A DNA stretch of 62,628 bases, the filler included, from Choristocarpus tenellus KU-1152 (Eukaryota > Protista > Phaeophyceae): assembly GCA_964200185.2 (NCBI GenBank). It is 10 parts of 10 records of this genome, joined end to end, with 100 filler letters (N's around TTAATTAATTAA, not from the genome) between each part and the next. Parts side by side here need not be neighbours in the genome. Positions count along the whole stretch, not along the records: positions 44,644 to 58,834 come from CAXNAD020001258.1; positions 58,935 to 62,628 come from CAXNAD020018468.1; 8 more parts are not named here. One strand, written 5' to 3'. Every line of letters begins with the position of its first letter. The stretch's first letter is position 1. The notes below the pieces were generated by a model, which made no database searches, had not been told where the DNA came from, and saw only the letters and a list, made by a program, of their open reading frames with translations. Positions 52,401 to 62,628 of the stretch are shown here, piece by piece. Position numbers and translations under genes: made by a program.

Positions 52401-55400
52401 GTGACCTGGTATATTTCTAGTTCGAGAACATTGCCTAGTACTTCCAAGAACCAGAGCTACTACTACTTTATTTGTAGCTTAAACAATGGAGGCTATTGTT
52501 AGGAAGAGTATGTGATGGTGTACTACACGGTTTGACCCTCTGTTTTTGAACTTGTGGTACCCAACCACCAACCTACCCTCTTGACTGCTCGACCCTGTCC
52601 ATATTTATTAGGTTGTCCCTAGTGCAAGGTCGCATACACAGCGCTGGGCAGAAGTTGTGAATCGAAGTGATAGGAGCGTGACCCTGATCGACCTGTGCGG
52701 CCATGAAAAATATCTCAAAACCACTGTTTTTGGGCTCACTGGTGGGTGTGACCCCCCTCCCCCTCCCCCCACTGTATAGATGTAGTGCAAGTAGGTGTAC
52801 ACACAGCATACCCAGGCACACTATCAAGCGACGGTTATGGAGGTCTTGTTGGGTAAGGTATTGATTTTGGGTCTTTGTTTGCTGTAATGCCCTCTAGGAG
52901 AGGTGCGGGTCCTGTTGCAGTTTGCAGGTGGTCTTCTCCACTAGGATGGACTCAGGTAGTGTGTGTTCAGTCCATTGTATTGCCCAGCCCACTGTGTATG
53001 CTGTGCCAATTTTCAGTGTGGGAGCATGATACTGCAGCACTTTTTTTCATACTTCAATGACTGTCAACAATGTGCATATTACTATGGTTTTGTGGAAGAT
53101 AGTCTTTCATTGATTCAGATATTCAGTGCAACGTTTAGTGTGTTTGCATGAAGGAGTGAACATGATCTTGTGGGCAAAGACTAGATGAACCTCCAGCTGG
53201 CAAGGCAGGTCTGTGTGAGAGAGCCTGCCCTGATGTAGATTCACAAGTTAGATTTGCTGAACACCCAACGCAACATGTAGGTACCTTTGGCATTCTTCCT
53301 TTGCACCCCCCATCCCCTGAACAAATCTTGTATCATGTCCGTCCACCCCCTGTACATACCCATACCTACACACTGCTCCTCTTGTCCATGAAGGTCTGAT
53401 GCCAGATTTCTGCTTGTTGGTAGTTGGGGCCAACATGGGTGTACAGCGCATGACTAAGGAGCATATCAGCATTGCCTGTGCTCTTCAGGTTGACATAACT
53501 CGTTGAGGGGGAGGGGGTGGGTACGGGAAGCTGTAGTGTTTATCCCACCTAACTTTGAACAGACACCATCTCTAGCGTTGTTTAGGGGGGCAGTGGGGGT
53601 GAGGGGTATGGTCGATGCATTGCCGTGTTCGTGGGGTGGATGTTGTGCTACAGCATGTTATAATGTGCAATCCCCTGTTGTGAACAATACCAAACCTCCT
53701 CTCAACAACCACCTATGATGTTGAATATTCTGAATATTGACATCTTTTTCGGATGTTTTGATATCGTTTTGTAGAGGGACATGAGAGGGATGACAAAACG
53801 AACTGCTCTCTCTATGTGAAACGCACTGGCGAGGAGAAGTGAGTAGCCCTGATGTTTTATTCCCACACGACCACAGTAGTATGGACTGAAGTCGTAGCCT
53901 TTGACATATGAATGAATGGCAGATCGAGGTGTAGCAAGGGCAGACATCTTCTTTTAAAAAATCTATCTACTTGCTGTGTGGACGGTTTTTTAGTGGGGAT
54001 GTTAAATGCTTCAGGGAGTTATGTTAATGTTCCGACCCTTGTTCTGCTGGGATTGGTTCGTTTCTGAATACCTTTTTGGTAGGTGTTAGAGCGGTGAGCG
54101 CAGGAGTGCCCATCTTCACGTTTGTGAAAGCCTTGTGAAGTGTCTGGGCTATGGCTGCACGTGGGCTCATTGCTGTGTTCATTGGAGCTTCAGATCTCGA
54201 TTTTGTTACAACAATGGTTTTTCTTACTTTCTCCTTGCATTTGTGTCTTGTGTGTGGGACTTGTTTGTTCTCTTCATTGCATTCCATTCTGTCCACAATG
54301 GATTCGTGAAAGGGAAGGGCCTTGCAATCATGATTTCTATTTTCCACGTCAGCCATACACACGCTTATTTTTGCCCACCTCTGGCCCCTGCTATGGGTCA
54401 CCACTGCATCCTTGCTGTCCCTCCCCCCCCCCCACTCTTTAGATCCCAATAGCGGTGGTGGTCACCAAAATTGACATCTGTCCCCCTAGCATCCTCAAGG
54501 AGACCCGCCAGGCGTTGGCAAAGTACCTGAGGTCCAACCAGAAGATGCCATACCCCATCAAGTACATGAACCAGGCACGAGGCAGGGGGGTGGGAGGAGA
54601 TTCAAGCGTGGATAGATTGGATGTCATGGAAAACTCTAGTTGATTTCGGTGTGGCCCTTTGGAATGTTTGTTGCATGTATATCCTTCCTTACCTGGGGGC
54701 ATTGATAGTGCAAGGGCATGTGCTGTATTTGTTACAGCAGTTGGTTTGGTCAAGTAAGATGATGTAAGATAACACATGCCCGGTACTGCAAAAAGGTGAA
54801 AGGGATGTTACAGGCTGATGCACGTCAGAGAGTACTACTGTTGTTGAAACTGCAGGGTAGATGTCCTGAGGTTCTTGTGGTGCAGAGACTTGGAGGGCCT
54901 CCCCTAAGTGTTTGTGCTCGGACTGTGCAGGATAGGTGAGAGGGCGCCAAGGCGCCTATGTGATCTTTCCCAGTTGAACAGCAATGCAGCAGTGTGCGTT
55001 GCTGTAACCTACTCCATTGCTTCAATGAACTAGCAGGAATGTAGGGGAAGGTATTGGACATCTGTTTTTCCTCTTCCTAAGGGTGTTATTGTGTACCGCC
55101 GAGATTTGCCTTCCTCAAACAGTTCGGACTCAGTGCATGTATCGGTCACCACATACCAATCCTTCCCCTCCCGTGCTCTCAATGTTATCATGTATCCGGT
55201 GGTCAACCCCAACACCTCGTTTCGCCTCTCTCTTCCTGTGATTGCCCCCTTCCAAACCTTTTCGTCGTGTGATGGTGTAGGTCGATGCGGCGGCAGAGAG
55301 CATTGCTTCAGATCGCATCACACCTGTGTTTGCCGTGTCTAATGTCAGTGGTACCGGGCTGGACCTGCTCAAGGCCTTTGTGGCCCGCCTTCGCCGCAAC

Positions 55401-56803
55401 AAGGAACAGAGTGGGCCTGATATGCAGGTATGTGTGCAAGGTCAGGAAGTGGGCCGTTGCTGCTGAAGGGAGTGGAGTGTGATTGGAATGTGTGTGTGCG
55501 ATGATAGTGAACGTGGTTTTACTTGATATTTGTGAATTGGATTTGGTGTGAGGCTTTAATCAGTGGTTGAGAATTTGTAGGGAGCCTGCAGTGATCCCTA
55601 CTTGCCTCATTTCTGAGGCGTTAATTGTGATGCAGAGAGGGAGGGTTAGGGTTAGGGTTAGGGTTATGTGCCAATTGGTACGAATTTTGAAGTGTATTGC
55701 AGCAAAAAGAATAAGATGAGACTTGTAATGCTATTCAGGACCTAGCTTTCCACCGACTCTTCACACATATGCCCATTCTGAATGTCAGGGACCAGCATGT
55801 GGCTCTGATATTTCATCCAGAGCTAGTCCTGATCCTATTCCTAGTAATTGTCAGACCCAGTTGGGGGAGTATAGTGTCTGAGGCACTGAGTGGTGGAGCT
55901 CAGGACTTGAGTGCAGATGGCATTGAATAGAATGAGCTTATCCTGATTCTGCTGTTAGTTTTTGTGCAAGCCTTTCTTACATCAGAACAAATGCTGCACA
56001 GTTTCCAACCGTCCCTCCTTTCCCCTGCCATCTGCTGAGTTGTTGTGTGTTGGGTCCATGGCAGAGTAGGCACTAAAAAAAAAAGAGAATCGTATGCTGC
56101 GGCCAATGCAGAGTGACAAAAGTGTTTCTTTGCTTGACATCTGAACTACAATCTTACTTTTGCTTGCTGTATACTCTGCCCAATTCTCCAACCCTTCATC
56201 GCCTTTGCCTGGTGTGAAGATCCCCGCATCAGAGATTCCTGCCGTTCACTTTCCCATTGATGGTGTGTACGAAGTGAAGGGAGTTGGTATTGTGGTGGGA
56301 GGCACAATGCTCCGGGGAACAGTTGTGGTGAACCAAACCCTTCTGATTGGGCCCGACAGGGCAGGAGACTTCTTGCCAGTCACGGTGAGGACATTGAAAT
56401 AATCTAGTTGTACTTGAGTAGTCATTTGCAGGAGATTGCAAGTTCCTGGCTGCTCCAGTCCTAATCCGCAGGGTCCATTTCCGTTTCCAAGGCCAGTCCC
56501 CTTGGTACAAGCTTTTCGCAACCATCTCCACGTCTGTAGACCTTGCTTTCCCCTTGTTGCGCTGTGACCATGATGGTGGTGGTACCGTGATGCTGCAGTT
56601 GATGTCTCTGCATGTGTGTTGTGTCCCTGTTGGCGTAATCCCCTTGGTCTAGTTTGTTCACACTTCAAAGCGATCCTTTTAGAACCCGTTGGACTGTGTT
56701 GGGTGTCGGGATGACCCCCAAACTTTTGCAAGGCCAATGAAAGTGTATGCGGGCAGAGGGGAGAGAAACTGTGCTCCGATGTCCCGGAGATTACAGGGGT
56801 TCG

Positions 56804-56842
<39 letters not shown>

Positions 56843-58805
56843 CCATGACATGATTTGGTAGCCCATCTGCCCACTGCAGTTTATATGTAGGAGTCTAAAT
56901 GCTGCGATTTGGTTTTGGATTGATTATTGTCATCTTAGATGGTGGGGCGTAGGCATTCTGATGTAAGCAAAGAGCACTGCAGACCACTCCAAGCAATCGA
57001 TGGGAGCCAGCAGCAATGGCCATGTGTTTTTTGTGTTGATGTCTCGTCTAGGCTTTTGCGGGTGCTCATTTTCAGGACTATTCATCAGTCAGGCAGGTGG
57101 CATGGGTTGGCCCATCGTCCGGACATGTTGAAAAGGTTGACTGACGGCTGTGGACCAACCATGGTAGAAATATACTGGTATCGGAACGATCCACGGACCA
57201 GGCCGGCTATGTTGAAAAGGTTTGACGGCCATGGATGGAAGTGTGTATTTTTCACCTGTTCAGCCCTGTCGAGACGAGTTTTTGCCCGGCCTGTCCCAAT
57301 TATTTCCCAGTCTATCCCGAGTAGTGTTTTGAGGCAATAAGGTCGCGCTTTTTTTTTTTAATGTGGATCTCCAGCAACCCAATATTAGTACAGTTCTAAA
57401 GAGTTTGATGGAATTGGACTCGGTTGTTCTCGTACCGTCTGTGGTTTAGGGTGAATTTTGCTCTGGTCCCAGCCTGGTCGGGATACAATCTCTGGCAGCC
57501 CTGGTCCAAAAAGGGTCCGAGGATGTCAAGAAAAAAAGAAGAAGAAAAAGTTGTTGGTCTGGACACGTTGCAACATATTGAAACCGGTCCAGCCAGCAGA
57601 CTTAATTGCTTTGAATTCACCCATCCTGAAAACAAGGTTTCCTGCTTTTGCGAGCACAAGTACGCTGAATCTCATAGTTTGCTGTTTGTACTTTTAACTG
57701 TTCAGGGTGCGTGTGACAGTCCTCTCAGCACACTTCGCTCTGTCTTGTGCTCTTTGCTGTTGAACTCCTGTGTTTCCCTCCCCTCTGTCCTTGGGCGCGA
57801 TGGTGCTTGATACAGGTCAGGAGCATTGAATGCAAGCGCCAGAGTGTTCGGGAGGCAGGGGAAGGACAGAGTGCTACCTTTGCAGTGCGATCCCTCAATC
57901 GCCGGGTGGCGTTGCGTAGGTCTACCTTTCGAAAGGTGCTTTTTGAAGTATTCAAGGGGTCACACGAGACGATTTAGCTAACATGCAGTATGCGGGGGGA
58001 CTTGTGTATTGTTTGGGTTAGGTTTGGACGAGAGGTAAAGAATTTGCTAATGAGGTGTGTTGTATTGTTCGGATTGGGATTGAAATGTGGAACCTGGGTA
58101 ACATGATAGCATGACTCTTGAAGATTGTTGCTGGGAGTGAAGCGCTTTGTAATCCAAGAGAGGTGGTGTGATGCACTTTGGAGGATTAGGGGCTACCTTG
58201 CTACCCAGTCTCTGCTTCCACACCATTTTCCCATTGTGTTCCTTGTTTTTTCAGGCATGATATTACATTAGGAAGTGTCTTGTGTGCTCGATCCTCTTGC
58301 CTCTTGAGAGCGGAGAGCAACATGAGGGAAACCCTGGTTCTTTGGGATTGTTGTCAAGATGGGAGGATACAACACACACAAACGTGATGCAAGCAATTGG
58401 TTTGGTAGAGGCTTGATTATGGCTCGTGCCAAGTAGATGGGGAGGCGTTGCCCAAATGTTCCAATATTGATATCAGCCCGAGTAAAGGCTGACTGGGGTA
58501 AGAACGAAATGCAACACGTGAAAACATTGTTTCCCCCTACATCACCTCAACCCCCGTTCCCTTTTTACCCATTATTGTAGGGCATGGTGGGCATTGATGG
58601 CCATGATAACCCAAGGGCGACCAGTGAGTTTGAGGCAGATGTGGTCATCTTGCACCACTCGACCACTATTGCACCGGGGTATCAGCCTGTCATCCACTGT
58701 GGAGTTGTACGACAGGCAGCAGCCATCCTGTCAATGACTGGGACTGAGTCGGGGACTGAGACACTGCGTACAGGGCAGACAGCCACGGTCCGCTTCAGAT
58801 TTATG
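49490..58805 (+). CDS. GTP-binding protein 1/2 family translational GTPase; exons 49490-49603 (tentative), 49971-50224, 50826-50985, 52612-52741, 53394-53488, 54443-54574, 55281-55427, 56220-56384, 57816-57935, 58581-58805; 3' end missing
   Basis: G1 IAMIGNVDS|[30 protein letters not shown]3 [23 protein letters not shown]4 VVTKIDICP, domain [13 protein letters not shown] and domain [31 protein letters not shown] identify GTPBP1/GTPBP2. Paralogue not resolved. Confidence 0.95.
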
Positions 58806-58814
58806 GTGAGTAGG

Positions 58815-58834
58815 GGGTCAAAGTATCTGGGGGG
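58815..58834. mobile_element. Family A-type MITE terminus at a contig end (others at 6462-6482, 19264-19290, 37920-37960, 40471-40515, 44522-44543, 61702-61742, 62559-62600)
   Basis: GGGTCAAAGTATCTGGGGGG or close variants/reverse complement; most lie at or near contig breaks. Confidence 0.8.
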
Positions 58835-60319
58835 NNNNNNNNNNNNNNNNNNNNNNNNNNNNNNNNNNNNNNNNNNNNTTAATTAATTAANNNNNNNNNN
58901 NNNNNNNNNNNNNNNNNNNNNNNNNNNNNNNNNNTTATTTTTGCAAACGCCTTTGATTCGCAACACTGTGGCGATGGGTGTTGTTTCATTCCCCCCGCCC
59001 CGGGTCAATTTTCACAATGAGATTTTTTTTTTAACTTCAACATACTTCATCGTGCACAGCGTATGTACACTAAGCAACAGGGAGGTGTAATAGTACCCAG
59101 TGGGTCTAGTATTGTAGGTACCGCCGTGGACAGTGGAATGTGTGCTATCTGAATGTGTTGTGGAATTTTCTGGAAGTGTATGAAGTGAACTACGGGAGTG
59201 AAAGAAAAGATGGAACTGCGGTGATCAGGAAGTTCAGGGGGAGAGAGCCGGTATGTAACATGCCTGATGGAAGTTGCATGCAGCGGTAGTAGTTACAGGG
59301 AAGAATCGAGGGCGGTTTGTGAATGCTGGATATTCTTCACCCAAACAAACCCGTGAGGGGGCATAGAAGATATGTGGAGGGGTCAATCCACGCCTTGGAT
59401 CACGCCAGTCCATATTGGTTTCACTGTGGGAAGAAGTCAATGTTCAAGTCTTGGGGTCAGTGGCGGAGGTCACAAGTGAACGAAGAGTTTGCACCTGTTT
59501 TTCGTTTTGAAGTACTCAAGAGTAGTATCGACTCTGAGCTTGCATCTCATCTCTCTTATCTCTTGCGTTTTTGTCTTTTCTCTTAGTTTAGGAAGTAATG
59601 ATGAGAGGAGGAAGGAAGAGCACCTAGAGCAGTAGCTGAACTGAGGTGGACTGCCCTCATTCCTTCTCTCACGTAGGATGGAATCACGAGAGCTGTCCAT
59701 GAGATGAATCGCTACCCAATCAGCAAGAACAGTGTTTCTACCGCTATTACTCCTGCTCTCTTGTTTCCAGTAGGGTACAGGTCTGAGCTGAATGGATTTA
59801 TGATCTCGCTCTAGGCGCCATGTGCTAGAGTATCTCAGGAGACTTTTTTTTGCTTTTCCCCTTAGTATTTTTTTTGTTTTTTGCAGGGCTTTTCATTGGT
59901 TCAGGAATTTAGCATGTCCATTGTCGGTCATATGGCCACACGCTGGTCTGTGGTCTGGCCATGGACTTGGTCATGTTTGAACTTGGTTGTACATGGCTGA
60001 CCAGTGGCCCCGGTCATGTCGGCAAAGCGGTGGCTGTGGACTCGACCATGTTAGAACATTCTATCTATATGGCGGGTAAGTTCATATTTTTGTACACTCA
60101 GGCCGGCCACGTATGGCCATGCGCTGTTGAATAAGAAACTCACACGTTGACTGCAGCAGCTCTTACAAAACATATCATGGAAGGGTAATGGTCCTATGAT
60201 TTCCCATCTTTCTCCTTTTGTATCAATGCAACATCACCCCCACCTTGTTGCTTTCGGGGGCCCCTGGTAGCCTTCATCTTATGCCACCAACCCATCGTCT
60301 GTTGAACTGCCAAGAACAG

Positions 60320-60607
60320 GGCACAGGGCACCTGGTGGGAGTCATGCCAGCGCTTGCCATGTCCTCTTGGGGACCAGCCTTGGTGTACCTCTGTGGATTC
60401 TGCCTCGGCACACTCCTCACGATGGCAGCATTCACGGCCATGGTTGGAAGTCTAAGCGTACGCCTCCAGAAGAGAACTGGTCCTGCTGCTGTTGAGCAGG
60501 TCTCTCGCATGGCCTCTGTCTTGGCAGCCATGGTTGGGGGTTGGATCGTCCTTCGTTGGGCCCTTAAGGGAGAGGGTGATGCCGACGGAGCTGCAGGGGT
60601 GAACTGA
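60320..60607 (+). CDS. Terminal exon of NiCoT/UreH-like (nickel/cobalt transporter family) membrane protein
   Basis: CAG acceptor then GTGHLVGVMPALAMSSWGPALVYLCGFCLGTLLTMAAFTAMVG...; the YL..F.LGT...M..FT motif and three hydrophobic segments resemble plant/algal UreH-like NiCoT proteins. Confidence 0.75.
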   Translation, partial: GTGHLVGVMPALAMSSWGPALVYLCGFCLGTLLTMAAFTAMVGSLSVRLQKRTGPAAVEQVSRMASVLAAMVGGWIVLRWALKGEGDADGAAGVN

Positions 60608-62628
60608 GGATGTAAATTTGCTCAACGGTGGTGTGTCCAACTTGGACGCATTTGTTCTTGTGGGGGAGGGGGGGGGTGCGGGGTGAACTTGTTTGCCTAT
60701 TTAAGTTGTTGTTCGTCTCCTCTCTCGATGATGAATTTCATGTTCATCTCGCTTTTTATGATGTAACTATGCTGGAATTAATGGAGTTTTAGGTTTTAAG
60801 AACGTAAATTATATATATGATGTACTTCAAAGTGCCTGTGCTCTTAGGTGTTGCTGAGAATTCAGAATGGAGATGAGGGGCTTGGTTTGTAGCTGTGGAA
60901 GGCGTCTCAAGACAGTATGTTAGGAGAAGATCGTTTCAGATGAAGGTGTTGCCCGTTTTGTTGATGTCTCGATTCTTTTACAAGGGGACGCTTTTTCTCT
61001 TCGCGTTGCCTCTTGCTGTGTAGGATAGACCTCACTCTTGAGAGAGTGTTTTTGTGCATGTTTATACCTTGCGAATATATAGGACAAAGTAGATACACAT
61101 GTTAACTTGTTATTTTCTCTTTAGTAAATGCGTCATTTGAGGGTACTGAATGAGATGCCCGTGTGCTGTATGCACATATGCTCACACATTCATACACACA
61201 CTCTTGTGATGGAGTTGTTCATGCATCCGGCGAATCTACCAACACTTTTTTTTTGAAAGGCATAAAAATGTCATTTCGAAATGTATACCAGGCATCAACA
61301 GAGGACTCACACACACTGAGGGCAATGTTGCGGTCCTTCTAAGGATTATCTACTACGTTTTGCAACAGTCTAACATGCAAGGTTTGAGGGTCGACCTAAC
61401 CATTAAGCAAGCACGAGCACATCTATTTGTAGTGTCAATGCTGTGCTGCCTCTGACCCTGAGTAGTATAGATACACCACCCAAAGTTTCGTCTTCTGCTC
61501 CAGATAACCTCAAACGGATGCATGAGGTGTTTGCCCACACCCTCCTTGTCAACATTTCCAGCCCCCACTCGCACAACGAGCAAAATCCGTGCTGTTGGAC
61601 TCCTTGCCCCAGGTGTGAGGCCAGAAGGGCGAACTAATATCTCTGGCTATAATAATACCTTACTGCATACTGCGAACAGCCTTGCTTCAGCAGGCATGGT
61701 AAAAAACGGATGCCGGCACCCCCCCTCCAGATACTTTGACCCCATCTGCCATAGATGTTGACACTGTTATCCTCGCTTTGAGCAAGCATGCTTTATGTGA
61801 CAAAAAAAGTGTCCTGCTGTGTCATCCCATCAAACCAAACAAAACAAGAGGTACCCAGGGTTTGGCCTTAGGGTTGGGGTTTTGTTGCATTTTGAGTGAC
61901 TCTTTTCATCTTTTATAATTTGCCCTTATTTCTGAAGGTGAAGGACTGAGATTTTTACACGAGAGCGTCGATTTCTCTATTGTTTGGAAATTCCTGACAC
62001 AATTCAGAAAATTCCTATGCGCATTTGTAAAAAAAAGCCGAAATTTGCATATATTTGTTAGCACCCGTAATATGCAAACTTGATTTTCAGGAGAATAATT
62101 TATCGAATGTGGGCAGGAACACTCGAACTGACTAAGCACTTATACCAAGCACAGTGATTATGCTACTCACAACGATCACATGTAACATACCAGAGTATAA
62201 ACATACAAAATGCTCTGATGGAGTAGGGCTCTGTGTGTGAGTGCGTGTGCTACATGCCCTCAGTTGAAGTTTTACCATAAAGAGCCACACCAATTGAGAG
62301 GGAGGCAGGTTTGAACACTTTTGTATTCTAAACCATCTTTCTTACCCTGTGCAATACATTCTATTCCATTGGTTTATGTGCACAATAGTGTAGGAAAAAT
62401 TGATATTCACCCTTTCCACACACAAAGTGACACCACAATCAACCAAAGACCCTTTCTGCAATTGTACAAAACGGCGTATTTTTGCTATTTCTCGGGATGC
62501 TTGAAATGCAACCCTGCCTACCTCTCAATTGGGTTGGCTAAAAAAGAACTCTTTTCAAGGGTCAAAGTATCTGGGGGGGGGGGGGGGCCAGGTCCGTTTT
62601 TGCCCCCTTCTTCGTTTTTCTCTTTTTT

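Overview
Eukaryotic nuclear DNA, most likely a photosynthetic stramenopile of the brown-algal/PX lineage (inferred from long spliceosomal introns, an RTE LINE resembling brown-algal ones, and stramenopile-type proteins). The window is ten short contigs joined by nine artificial 100-bp linkers (N44-TTAATTAATTAA-N44), so adjacency across gaps is not biological. Splicing by eye recovers partial genes: exportin-1 (head-to-head with a KEA/KefB-type K+/H+ antiporter), an uncharacterised helical membrane protein, nicotinate phosphoribosyltransferase, a beta-propeller-like repeat protein, a UIM-bearing last exon, a 10-exon GTPBP1/2 translational GTPase, and a NiCoT/UreH-like last exon. Also present are one tRNA-Trp(CCA), two decayed RTE retrotransposon fragments, several tandem repeats, and three related MITE families sharing a GRG..AAAGTATC terminus (4-bp target duplication seen on one copy; Sola2-like). 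Most notable: (1) one MITE family would form a precisely spliceable intron on insertion at AGGT, and the genes here are dominated by phase-0, AG|GT-flanked introns, suggesting a possible introner-like system; (2) an unexplained ~260-nt multi-stem structure between XPO1 and KEA; (3) a tRNA-Trp with a mismatched anticodon stem. All exon models are manual and unverified by RNA data.
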